Part shown: in pieces, positions 8,339 to 16,495 of the stretch
Numbering within the stretch: position 1 is the first letter of the stretch
Layout: each line of letters opens with the position of its first letter
IMG/VR virus record: IMGVR_UViG_3300031784_000003
Source of the DNA: a virus
Lineage: Duplodnaviria > Caudoviricetes
DNA: 64,000 bases
Direction: 5' to 3' (one strand)
Position numbers and translations under genes: made by a program
The notes under the pieces: model-generated
Seen by the model: the letters and a program-made list of their open reading frames with translations, nothing else
What the model was told of the DNA's origin: nothing
Database searches by the model: none

Positions 8339-8375
8339 TTGTTCGACCGAACTGTTCCATCACCCCGACCCCTCT
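8339..8375 (+). repeat. intergenic repeat B, copy 2
   Basis: TTGTTCGACCGAACTGTTCCATCACCCCGACCCCTCT. Confidence 0.9.
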
Positions 8376-8412
8376 AGTTACAATTTTTATGTTTAATGTT
8401 ATATTTATTAGT

Positions 8413-8853
8413 ATGAAAATTATTATTACAGAAAATACTATGGTTAACCTCATTGAAAGAGTGTTAGATTTAGAATATCCAGACTTAACTGAATGTTATT
8501 ACGATTGGGCAAACTATAACTGTGGAATGGGAATATGTTGTGACCCATACGCAGTTGGATTTGTTTTACCTGAGGACGATTATGATCAATACTTATTTAA
8601 ACTTGTGGATGGTAGACACTATAGAGATATGGGTAATTACTCAAAAGAACTTAGTGAAGAACTTCCAGAAGTTTGTTACGAACAACCAAATATATTTGAC
8701 GATAAGTTTGATTATATATTAATTCATGAAGAGATGTTTGAATTATTAGATGATCATTTTAATAATCCTAAAAATTGGTGGAATCAATTATTGATTGTAT
8801 TAAATAAAAAATTTGGTATCAATGCTACTAAAATTGGTATTGGTGTTTTTTAA
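8413..8853 (+). CDS. leader-bearing acidic, Cys-containing hypothetical
   Basis: Start moved from 8389 to MKIIITENTMVNLIER; TATTTATT at 8402-8409. Confidence 0.75.
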   Translation: MKIIITENTMVNLIERVLDLEYPDLTECYYDWANYNCGMGICCDPYAVGFVLPEDDYDQYLFKLVDGRHYRDMGNYSKELSEELPEVCYEQPNIFDDKFDYILIHEEMFELLDDHFNNPKNWWNQLLIVLNKKFGINATKIGIGVF

Positions 8854-9011
8854 TCCCACTATTTAATGTCTACATATAATGATACTTTAGATAATTTTCT
8901 AAAAAGAAATGAAAGTAAATTAATTTACATCAAATCTGATTCATTAACAGAAAATAGTTTAAGGGCAATCGTTATCGATTAATAAAATAACAACAAGGTT
9001 TCAAAAATACT

Positions 9012-9040
9012 AACCTCATCAGAAATGGTGAGGTTTTTTT
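9012..9040 (+). terminator. intrinsic terminator
   Basis: AACCTCATC-AGAAAT-GGTGAGGTT followed by T run. Confidence 0.8.
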
Positions 9041-9064
9041 CATTTACATTAATATTTATATTAT

Positions 9065-9382
9065 ATGAAAATTAATGAATCAGTAGAATCTAATGGTAGG
9101 AGAAAAAATTATTTAGATAAAGTTTTAGAATTTATTTTATCTGATACACAAATAGACCCAAACCCTGTGTGGCCATCAAACTGGATAAATATTTATGTCC
9201 CTTTTACTAATTTAGTATATAGTAGAATTATGCATTTTGATAGGGAGGATTTCTTTGACTATTGTAGAGACACTTATGGATTAACTAAAGACGAATCATA
9301 TAGTGTGTGGGAAGATTATGTTGACAAAGTAAATCAAATACTAAGAAAAGATTGGGGTATAACTGATCCTGTATATCATTGA
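9065..9382 (+). CDS. single-module family protein
   Basis: MKINESVESNGRRKNYLDKVLEFILSDT...YCRDTYGLTKDESYSVWEDY; TATTTATA at 9053-9060. Confidence 0.85.
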   Translation: MKINESVESNGRRKNYLDKVLEFILSDTQIDPNPVWPSNWINIYVPFTNLVYSRIMHFDREDFFDYCRDTYGLTKDESYSVWEDYVDKVNQILRKDWGITDPVYH

Positions 9383-9419
9383 TTTATTAAAAATAATTTT
9401 TTACCTTTATAGGTATAAG

Positions 9420-9447
9420 ATCCCAATAATGTTGGGATTTTTGTTTT
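9420..9447 (+). terminator. intrinsic terminator
   Basis: ATCCCAA-TAATG-TTGGGAT followed by T-rich tail. Confidence 0.7.
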
Positions 9448-9472
9448 TATTGGATATTTATTATAAAATTAT

Positions 9473-10147
9473 ATGGATAATAGAAATATACAATATTTAG
9501 AAAAAGTTGCGGATTTTATTGTAGATGATAGTAATTTCTCATTTGATCATTTCCTTACACTCAAAACACCTTTTTATGGGTATTCTTGGGAACGTTTTTT
9601 GAGAAATCAAAAAACACCTATAATTTATTTTTTAGAATATATAGAAAATACATATGGGATATCTTCACGTAAAGAGGTTAAATATGTATGGGATAGTTAT
9701 GTAAGAAAAATAAAAGAAAAAAGATATAGTTTAAATAACCCAACGATTACAGAAAGTGTTGAGAATAGAGTTATGGGTAACCCTCACGATATTTTAAAGT
9801 TTGAGGGTGTTAGTGAGGAATTAAGGGAAAAATTGATAAGAATTGTTGAACGTACTGTTGATGGTATTTTAAAAAGTATTACATACGAACCGTTAGGAGA
9901 TAGAAACGATATGTATGTAATTAAAATAAATAGTTTTAAATTACCTTATGGTTTATATTTAGAAAATGATGGTAGTGAAGAATCATTTAGAAAATTTTGT
10001 ATTACATACTTAGATTATATTCTTAAAGAAATGGTGGATACATTTAAAGATTTTTGGAATGAAAATCCAATGTTAATTAGTAGTTTTGGGTTAGGATCAA
10101 CGGTATTATTACTTAATAAGATGGGAGAAATTTTTATAAATGAATGA
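9473..10147 (+). CDS. module fused through ITESV to an unrelated domain
   Basis: YLEKVADFIVDDS...YGISSRKEVKYVW; ITESVEN at nt 9746; second half is not module-like. Confidence 0.85.
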   Translation: MDNRNIQYLEKVADFIVDDSNFSFDHFLTLKTPFYGYSWERFLRNQKTPIIYFLEYIENTYGISSRKEVKYVWDSYVRKIKEKRYSLNNPTITESVENRVMGNPHDILKFEGVSEELREKLIRIVERTVDGILKSITYEPLGDRNDMYVIKINSFKLPYGLYLENDGSEESFRKFCITYLDYILKEMVDTFKDFWNENPMLISSFGLGSTVLLLNKMGEIFINE

Positions 10148-10430
10148 TAGAGTATTAAAATATTTAAATTATGTGATTAATGATTTAATTTCTAATACAG
10201 AAATTAAGAAAATTTCTCCATCTAGATACCCATATATGTCACTACCTTGGAATGATGCTTTATTATTATCAAATGATAAGGTAAAAAGAATATTACAATA
10301 TACAAACACACCATTAATTATAATGAGTTATCTTAATGACAGTTACGGTATGGAGTCGGAAGAACAAATGAGGTATGTATGGGATACATATAAAGATTTT
10401 TTAACGGATGTAATATATAATAAAAAATAG
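10140..10430 (+). CDS. single divergent module
   Basis: YLNYVINDLISNT...YLNDSYGMESEEQMRYVWDTY. Confidence 0.8.
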   Translation: MNDRVLKYLNYVINDLISNTEIKKISPSRYPYMSLPWNDALLLSNDKVKRILQYTNTPLIIMSYLNDSYGMESEEQMRYVWDTYKDFLTDVIYNKK

Positions 10431-10434
10431 TGAT

Positions 10435-11256
10435 ATGAATTTACAGGAAGAATTAAATAGGATGAGAGATATGATGCGTATTGTGTCTGAATCAAAAGAT
10501 GAGACACCAAATACTGCAAGTTTTAGGAATCTTAAAAAAACTATAGATGAATTAAAGAAAAAAAAGAAAGTTTTATTACTTTCTTGTTCTAATAGGTATC
10601 AGTTTGATCCCAAAAAACCTGACATCCCTAAATCTAGATTATTGGCATTATTCATAAAAGAAGAACTTGGAGATATTGCAGAATTTATGGATATTACTGA
10701 AATGAAAATATTACCTTGTGAGGCTAATGTATCTAGAGCGGAAGGCAATTCTTGTGGTTTATTAAAGGCAATGTTAAAAGATAAAACAAAAAATCCTTCT
10801 GGATTTCATAGATGTTGGGTTAATATAAACGAACCTTCTGATGAACTATGGAAGGTTAGTAAAGAATTGTTTGAATCGGATGCGGTATTATTCTTTTCAT
10901 CTATTAGATGGGGTCAAACAAATATGTATTATCAGAATTTGATGGAGAGATTAAACTGGATCGAAAATAGACACACTACATTAGGTGAATCAAATGTTGT
11001 AAAAAATATCGAAACAGGTTATATCTGTACTGGTCAGAATTGGAACGGTAGTAATGTTGTTGACACACAAAAAGAAGTTCATCGTTTTTATGGATTTAAA
11101 CCTAACGACTCATTATATTGGAATTGGCAATTCACCAAAGACGAAAATGATGAAACTCAAAAATCTTATAAGGCGTCTCATAAGAAATTTTTAGAGGACA
11201 CAGGAATCAAAGAGTCTTTTGTTGAAAAACTAAATACGGATATTAAAAAATCTTAA
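10435..11256 (+). CDS. flavodoxin-like / NAD(P)H-dependent FMN reductase (WrbA-like) with leader
   Basis: VLLLSCSNR, ILPC, LFESDAVLFFSSIRWG...LMERL flavodoxin-fold pattern; leader MNLQEELNRMRDMMRIVSES. Confidence 0.75.
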   Translation: MNLQEELNRMRDMMRIVSESKDETPNTASFRNLKKTIDELKKKKKVLLLSCSNRYQFDPKKPDIPKSRLLALFIKEELGDIAEFMDITEMKILPCEANVSRAEGNSCGLLKAMLKDKTKNPSGFHRCWVNINEPSDELWKVSKELFESDAVLFFSSIRWGQTNMYYQNLMERLNWIENRHTTLGESNVVKNIETGYICTGQNWNGSNVVDTQKEVHRFYGFKPNDSLYWNWQFTKDENDETQKSYKASHKKFLEDTGIKESFVEKLNTDIKKS

Positions 11257-11266
11257 TATAATTCTA

Positions 11267-11298
11267 TTTGGTTTTATAATTTTATTTATATAAATTTG
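11267..11298 (+). promoter_or_regulatory. Bacteroidota-type promoter
   Basis: TTTG (11267-11270), 20 nt, TAAATTTG (11291-11298). Confidence 0.75.
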
Positions 11299-11302
11299 TG
11301 TC

Positions 11303-11860
11303 ATGGACTCAAAACAATATATAAATAAAGTAATAAAATTACACGATTTTTCAATAAAATGTTACCTAAATTATCAATATTGGTGTTATGACTTTTTAAA
11401 TGACGGAGTAACAATCTTATCCAATGAGGATTCTTCGTTTTACACACCTAATGTTAAAACGATAAGTAAGAATAATTTTACGATTTCTATAATGGGTCAC
11501 ATATACGAACATTTCATTAACAATTTATGCGTCAAAAAAGAAGAATTCTGGTATCTATGGGATAAAATAATTTTAGATATGAATGAGGAAATTATTAGAT
11601 CAGTTATCAATTATAGAAATAAAGTAATTCTATCAAGTATGAAAAGTCAGGTAGACAGAGATATATTTGACAATAAAATTATTTTTTATTTACCGACATC
11701 AGAACAAATATATCACTTTTTTAATATGAATCCTGAAACCTACAAAAATTTATACTTTAATTATGTAGAATATAATCCTATTACTAAAAATAATACGGTA
11801 AAAGAAATAAGGTTACCAGTTCCACCATTTCCCCAGAAAAAATATGTGATTACAATATAA
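11303..11860 (+). CDS. hypothetical protein, 185 aa
   Basis: ORF behind the host-type promoter; no leader or INES site. Confidence 0.75.
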   Translation: MDSKQYINKVIKLHDFSIKCYLNYQYWCYDFLNDGVTILSNEDSSFYTPNVKTISKNNFTISIMGHIYEHFINNLCVKKEEFWYLWDKIILDMNEEIIRSVINYRNKVILSSMKSQVDRDIFDNKIIFYLPTSEQIYHFFNMNPETYKNLYFNYVEYNPITKNNTVKEIRLPVPPFPQKKYVITI

Positions 11861-11895
11861 AGGTAAAGTTTTATTTTTCCACAATATTTATTATT

Positions 11896-13068
11896 ATGAT
11901 GGAAAAAAATGCACTATATAAAAAGATTTCAAATATAATTCAAAAACCCTTTTTTATAGATTTAACTAATATGGGGTTTACAGATAAAAAAACTCAAGAA
12001 AAAATATTATCTATTTTTTTTGGTGAACCCGTTTATATTGGTTCATTAGGTGATGAGGTTTTGACGATGAAAGATGATTCACCAATATATTATGAAGATG
12101 AAGATGGATACTGGGAAATTTGGGTTTGGGATAATGATAATGTTGTATATAAAGAATACCCTAATGGAGATTATCTTAAAAAGGTATATTATGATAACGG
12201 TAATGTGCTCGAACATGTTGCATTAGAAAATGGAAAACTTTTTAAGTATAGATATGATCAAAATGGGAATCAAATATATTACGAAAATGATGGTTATTGG
12301 ATAGTTAGTGAATTTAATTCTAATAATAAATTAGTGTATAGAGAAAAATCAGATGGTGAAGTATACGATGTTAGACCGAAAAAAAATATCACAGAGTCGG
12401 TAGAAGATAAAAATTCGTACTATAAAAAAATAATCCCCTTATTGAAAAAACCTTATATGGCAGATTTTATTAATTTTAATATACCTAAAGAGGATTGGGA
12501 AGATATTTTCAGAATGATTTATGGGTGGCGTATTTCAGTACAAATGTCTGAAGGTTTCAATTTTGAAGGTAGGAAGGTAATTCCAGAGTATGTGCAAATA
12601 TATTTAGATGTTCCACACATCAATAAAAGGGTATTAATATATTTTGAAGATGCTGACGGTGACTGGGTAGAAAGAGATTTTGATGAAAATGGTAAACTAA
12701 TAGGGTATGAAGATAGGGATGGTAAACAAACCATCGTAGAATCAGTAGATAGGAGAAAAGAATTTTATAATTACATTATAAAAACAATGTTAGAAGATAC
12801 TGAATACGAAATATTAGATAAAAATTATGGGGGTAATTATGATGAAAAGGTTGTTGCAATACAATTCCCTATGTATCCTTGGGAAGAATATACTTATAAA
12901 CCTTGGGACATTCATAGTTTCTTAAATTTTGATAAATGGATGATAGGTGCGATAGATATCGATTATGTTGTAGATAATTTTGGTGTAGACGAAAAATTGG
13001 CGGAAATTATTTTTAAAAAATATATTAAAGAACTGTCAAGAGAAATATTAGAAAAAATGCCTTTTTAG
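11896..13068 (+). CDS. three-unit polyprotein: two YxED.DGxW beta-repeat units plus one subtype-B module
   Basis: Linkers ITESVEDK (12388) and IVESVDRR (12733); TATTTATT at 11885-11892. Confidence 0.85.
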   Translation: MMEKNALYKKISNIIQKPFFIDLTNMGFTDKKTQEKILSIFFGEPVYIGSLGDEVLTMKDDSPIYYEDEDGYWEIWVWDNDNVVYKEYPNGDYLKKVYYDNGNVLEHVALENGKLFKYRYDQNGNQIYYENDGYWIVSEFNSNNKLVYREKSDGEVYDVRPKKNITESVEDKNSYYKKIIPLLKKPYMADFINFNIPKEDWEDIFRMIYGWRISVQMSEGFNFEGRKVIPEYVQIYLDVPHINKRVLIYFEDADGDWVERDFDENGKLIGYEDRDGKQTIVESVDRRKEFYNYIIKTMLEDTEYEILDKNYGGNYDEKVVAIQFPMYPWEEYTYKPWDIHSFLNFDKWMIGAIDIDYVVDNFGVDEKLAEIIFKKYIKELSREILEKMPF

Positions 13069-13096
13069 CGTATTCAAATATATTTATTGTTGTAAT

Positions 13097-13702
13097 ATGA
13101 AAGAAATAATAAGAAAAATACTAAGAGAAGAATATAAAAAAATGTCATCATTACCTAAAAACATAATAATTTCTATATACGATGATATTAATATTACATT
13201 ATATGATTACGTAAATAGTAAAGTTTTGGGGTTCGTGGGGTTGTCTAAGAGTAAAGACGGTACATATTATTTTCCTTCGATTGCTGCAGAAAAGGGTTTA
13301 GGTCCAACTGTATTAGAAATCGCATTAATGTTTTGCCATCCTAATGGTTTGATGGTTTCTAGAGACGGAGATATTAGAGGAGATGCATTCAATGTATGGC
13401 AAAAAATGTATTATAGAGACGATGTTATTAAAGAAACATTACCATTAGAAGATAAAAAATTTAATTTTGCTATTATTAGTGGTGAAGAAGAAGAATATGA
13501 AAGTGTGTCTGATAAAATTGAGGAGTTAAACGAATATACTGATGATGGGTTTAAGGAGGCAATTTTAGTTTATAATACTAAAATGTCTATGACACCTACA
13601 AAAGATTACTATAGATTAATAAAAGACGGTATTTTATTGGATCACCATCAGATATTTATAGATGGTAGAGATTTCTTCACATTAAAATATAATTATGAAT
13701 AA
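13097..13702 (+). CDS. leader-bearing protein, possible GNAT-fold
   Basis: MKEIIRKILREE; SIAAEKGLGPTVLEIAL...GDAFNVWQKM resembles the acetyltransferase motif A region. Confidence 0.5.
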   Translation: MKEIIRKILREEYKKMSSLPKNIIISIYDDINITLYDYVNSKVLGFVGLSKSKDGTYYFPSIAAEKGLGPTVLEIALMFCHPNGLMVSRDGDIRGDAFNVWQKMYYRDDVIKETLPLEDKKFNFAIISGEEEEYESVSDKIEELNEYTDDGFKEAILVYNTKMSMTPTKDYYRLIKDGILLDHHQIFIDGRDFFTLKYNYE

Positions 13703-13712
13703 ATAAAGTATT

Positions 13713-13820
13713 ATGCCGAAATCAAAAAAATATAAAAGAAATAAAAATAACCTAAAAGAAAGGTTAGAACTGATAAAAAATAATGTGAGATTACTTAAAG
13801 GGTATAGTAAAGAGAATTAA
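13713..13820 (+). CDS. tiny basic peptide (MPKSK...), 35 aa
   Basis: MPKSKKYKRNKNNLKERLELIKNN; N-terminus like that of 21844..22020. Confidence 0.5.
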   Translation: MPKSKKYKRNKNNLKERLELIKNNVRLLKGYSKEN

Positions 13821-13823
13821 CTA

Positions 13824-14213
13824 TTACCATTTAGATAAAATATTAGTTAATAAACTTTTGTGATCCACTATTTTATTTTCTTCCGCAATAATATATTGTG
13901 ATATAGATTTTATAACCCAAAAGTATTCAGACATTAAAGTTATTTTATTATCACTGTTTGTGGGTATATCATTATGTAATGTAAAATTTTCTGTGTTAAC
14001 ATAATATTTTTTCCTATCCTGTAGATATGATTCTAACATAATTGTATTATCGTCTAATTTAGAAATGTTCTGTATTGAAAATACTTTTTTATTCATAGAT
14101 ATATACTCATTCTCTAAACTATTGAAGTCGTAAGTGGTATTTATTTTATTACCATATTTTTTCTCCAACATTTTATGATGCATTTCCCAATTAATTATAC
14201 ATTTATTTTCCAT
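13824..14213 (-). CDS. hypothetical protein, 129 aa
   Basis: ATG ORF filling the gap. Confidence 0.7.
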   Translation of the reverse strand: MENKCIINWEMHHKMLEKKYGNKINTTYDFNSLENEYISMNKKVFSIQNISKLDDNTIMLESYLQDRKKYYVNTENFTLHNDIPTNSDNKITLMSEYFWVIKSISQYIIAEENKIVDHKSLLTNILSKW

Positions 14214-14287
14214 ATTTTAATAATATAGTAATTATTTACAAAAGTAAAATATTTATAATAAAAAGATATTATTTATAATAAAGATAA

Positions 14288-14362
14288 AACGGATTAGGAC
14301 CGTTGTTGTCTACGGACAAAATAAACCCATCAGGTTCGCTACCAAGATGGGTTTTTATTTTT
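14288..14362 (+). ncRNA. candidate small RNA with three hairpins
   Basis: AACGG/CCGTT; TTGTC-TACG-GACAA (C(UACG)G tetraloop); AAACCCATC/GATGGGTTT then T tail; two TATTTATA motifs at 14250 and 14270. Confidence 0.55.
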
Positions 14363-14642
14363 ACGATAATTTAATATCTTTTATATCCTCAACCCTAATG
14401 TTTTTTAGATTAAGTGTACCGTTTGAAATTTTACTAAAATACCCTATACTTTGATAATAAGTTAACATATAATAAAGAAATTCGGGAATAAGTATATCAG
14501 TTCTAACAACTTTAATACCAATGTTTTCTGAATTAAATACTTTGGTAGGTGTGCCGACAGTATCTACACTACCTTTTCGTTGTAACCAAAAATCGGCATC
14601 ACCGAAATTAGTCGATATTGTGCAAACATCACTTAACCTCAT
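14361..14642 (-). CDS. small protein resembling a single type I R-M specificity (HsdS) TRD fragment
   Basis: MRLSDVCTI...ILIPEFLYYMLTYY...GTLNLKNIRVEDIKDIKL recalls the HsdS pattern L.D...I / ..P.YLYY.L / GS...NI....IK.I. Confidence 0.45.
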   Translation of the reverse strand: MRLSDVCTISTNFGDADFWLQRKGSVDTVGTPTKVFNSENIGIKVVRTDILIPEFLYYMLTYYQSIGYFSKISNGTLNLKNIRVEDIKDIKLS

Positions 14643-14800
14643 CTCACAGATATTTCAACCCATTCGTCATCGATATAATCCTCATGTATGGTTACGAATG
14701 ATAACCATTTAACTTTACCTCTTACAAATCTAGGGATAAATAAGAATTTAGTTACTTTTCTGTCTGTACCTTTTAGGTTTCTAATTACTGAACAATTCAT
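14639..14800 (-). CDS. hypothetical protein, 53 aa
   Basis: Start moved to MNCSVIRNLKG, behind the minus-strand promoter at 14822-14852. Confidence 0.65.
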   Translation of the reverse strand: MNCSVIRNLKGTDRKVTKFLFIPRFVRGKVKWLSFVTIHEDYIDDEWVEISVR

Positions 14801-14821
14801 AGTCGTCTGATTTTGATATAA

Positions 14822-14852
14822 CAAATATATATAATATTTTTGAATTGGCAAA
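14822..14852 (-). promoter_or_regulatory. Bacteroidota-type promoter
   Basis: Minus strand TTTG, 19 nt, TATATTTG. Confidence 0.7.
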
Positions 14853-14884
14853 ATTTTTAAAACGATTATTAATATTTATTTTAT

Positions 14885-15400
14885 ATGAGTGATTATACAA
14901 ATAAAATAATTAATTTTTTTTCAAAAAAACATAATTCTCTAAGAAGAAGGAAAGAGTTATCAGATTATGCAATGAGTGAAAAAGAATATTTAAATGATTT
15001 TTTAAAATATGAAGTATCATTTTTAAAAAAATTAAAAATACGAGATTTCCATACTGCAGATTACGATGGTACTGGATCTTACGATTTTCATTTCAGTGTA
15101 GAATCCGTTGATGTCTCTGTAGGTTCAGGATATTATGAAGATTCTTTATATGAAGAGACAGTTAAAATAAATATTAATATTACTCCTGGTGGTACTGTAG
15201 ATGTCTATAACGAATATGCTGATATTGTTGAAACATTAGAAATAACAGATTCATTAATTTCTAATCATGAATATGGTTGGGAAATAAGTAATGAAGTAAT
15301 AGATGTAATTAATAAGGTAATAACCTCAAACCTACCTGATTTAGTCACCAATACTCGTTTATTTGATATAGTAGAGTTTATTATTATTTTTCCAGATTAA
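14885..15400 (+). CDS. acidic hypothetical, late promoter
   Basis: TATTTATT at 14873-14880. Confidence 0.75.
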   Translation: MSDYTNKIINFFSKKHNSLRRRKELSDYAMSEKEYLNDFLKYEVSFLKKLKIRDFHTADYDGTGSYDFHFSVESVDVSVGSGYYEDSLYEETVKININITPGGTVDVYNEYADIVETLEITDSLISNHEYGWEISNEVIDVINKVITSNLPDLVTNTRLFDIVEFIIIFPD

Positions 15401-15439
15401 TGTTTTTTAAAAAAATTAATATTTATAAATAAAAATAGT

Positions 15440-15724
15440 ATGGGTAGATTATTAAAAATGAAAAGAATGGTTATTGCTGAGGCAAATAAAAGGATATTAA
15501 ACGAATCTATAATAGATATTGATAATGTACTCCATATTATGAAATTTAAATTTGGGTGGGGAGATTTGAATACTATGAGAGTTGAACAATTCGAAGACTG
15601 GATTGGAGATGTCAAAGATGAAATGACAGACGAAGAGTATGCTAACCTATTTAACGACTGGTTAGAAACTGAATCATTCGGTGACGATTACAATCAAAAT
15701 GATGAAGAAGACATATATTATTAA
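15440..15724 (+). CDS. leader-bearing acidic hypothetical
   Basis: ...VIAEANKRILNES; TATTTATA at 15420-15427. Confidence 0.75.
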   Translation: MGRLLKMKRMVIAEANKRILNESIIDIDNVLHIMKFKFGWGDLNTMRVEQFEDWIGDVKDEMTDEEYANLFNDWLETESFGDDYNQNDEEDIYY

Positions 15725-15726
15725 AA

Positions 15727-16494
15727 ATGAAAAAAAGAGTAATAAAATTAACTGAAAACCAATTAAATAATATAGTTAAATCTGTTTTAAATGAAGGATA
15801 TGTAAATCTAGTTGGTCCAAGTGACGATATTTGTGAAATTGTATGTAAAAGAAAAGTTGCAGCAAAAGGATCTACAGGTGATATAGTTAAAATGATACAA
15901 CACCTTTTATCGGTAAACAAGTATAATCCTAAATATAGTGGTGGGGGTATGACAGGTGACTGGTGTTATACTGACTGGAGAAGATGTGATGGTATTTTTA
16001 AAGGTCATACTGAAGACGCAGTGAAAGAACTTCAAGCAGCATTAGGTGAGAAATATGGTTTAGTTGTTGACGGAATAGTGGGGTATAGAACTTGGTACGC
16101 AATGTGTACAACTTTACAATTTACTAAATCATTATCTAAAAATAAATTTTGTGTAGATTGTCAATGTAAACAAAAAAGAGACGATGGTAAAGATTCTGAT
16201 TTAATATTTGATCCAATACAACCTATTAGAGATGTGGATTGTGATGTTTTAAAAGATTGTGTTGCCAAATATTTATATACAACAACCCCTAATTTAGATG
16301 AGTTTCAGAAATGTGCTCAAATTAAAAGTGTGGGTGATGGAAAAGTATTTTCGTGTTCACTTTGTAAATCATCTTTCCCAACAGGATATGTTGATAAAAT
16401 GCCGAAATCAGTTGTAGGTTCTGAAAAACAAATGACTGATTTATTAGGTGATTGGTGTCTTAAAAAATGTGATGGATATAAAAAAGCGTATTAA
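15727..16494 (+). CDS. peptidoglycan-binding-domain protein, Cys-rich, with leader
   Basis: KGSTGDIVKMIQHLL...GIFKGHTEDAVKELQ...LVVDGIVGYRTW PG_binding_1 pattern; leader MKKRVIKLTENQL..VLNEG. Confidence 0.8.
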   Translation: MKKRVIKLTENQLNNIVKSVLNEGYVNLVGPSDDICEIVCKRKVAAKGSTGDIVKMIQHLLSVNKYNPKYSGGGMTGDWCYTDWRRCDGIFKGHTEDAVKELQAALGEKYGLVVDGIVGYRTWYAMCTTLQFTKSLSKNKFCVDCQCKQKRDDGKDSDLIFDPIQPIRDVDCDVLKDCVAKYLYTTTPNLDEFQKCAQIKSVGDGKVFSCSLCKSSFPTGYVDKMPKSVVGSEKQMTDLLGDWCLKKCDGYKKAY

Positions 16495-16495
16495 T

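Noticed and set aside
4720-8375. CRISPR array interpretation of repeats A and B
   Set aside because: Only two copies each, separated by whole genes (0.5 and 1.85 kb) rather than 30-40 nt spacers; no cas genes.
2237-13068. Diversity-generating retroelement behind module variability
   Set aside because: No reverse transcriptase in the window and no near-identical TR/VR pair differing only at adenines; modules differ at all bases and in length.
14323-14354. tRNA suggested by GGTTCG
   Set aside because: No cloverleaf, D arm or acceptor stem; it is a nested hairpin. No tRNA recognised anywhere by eye (tRNAscan-SE not run).
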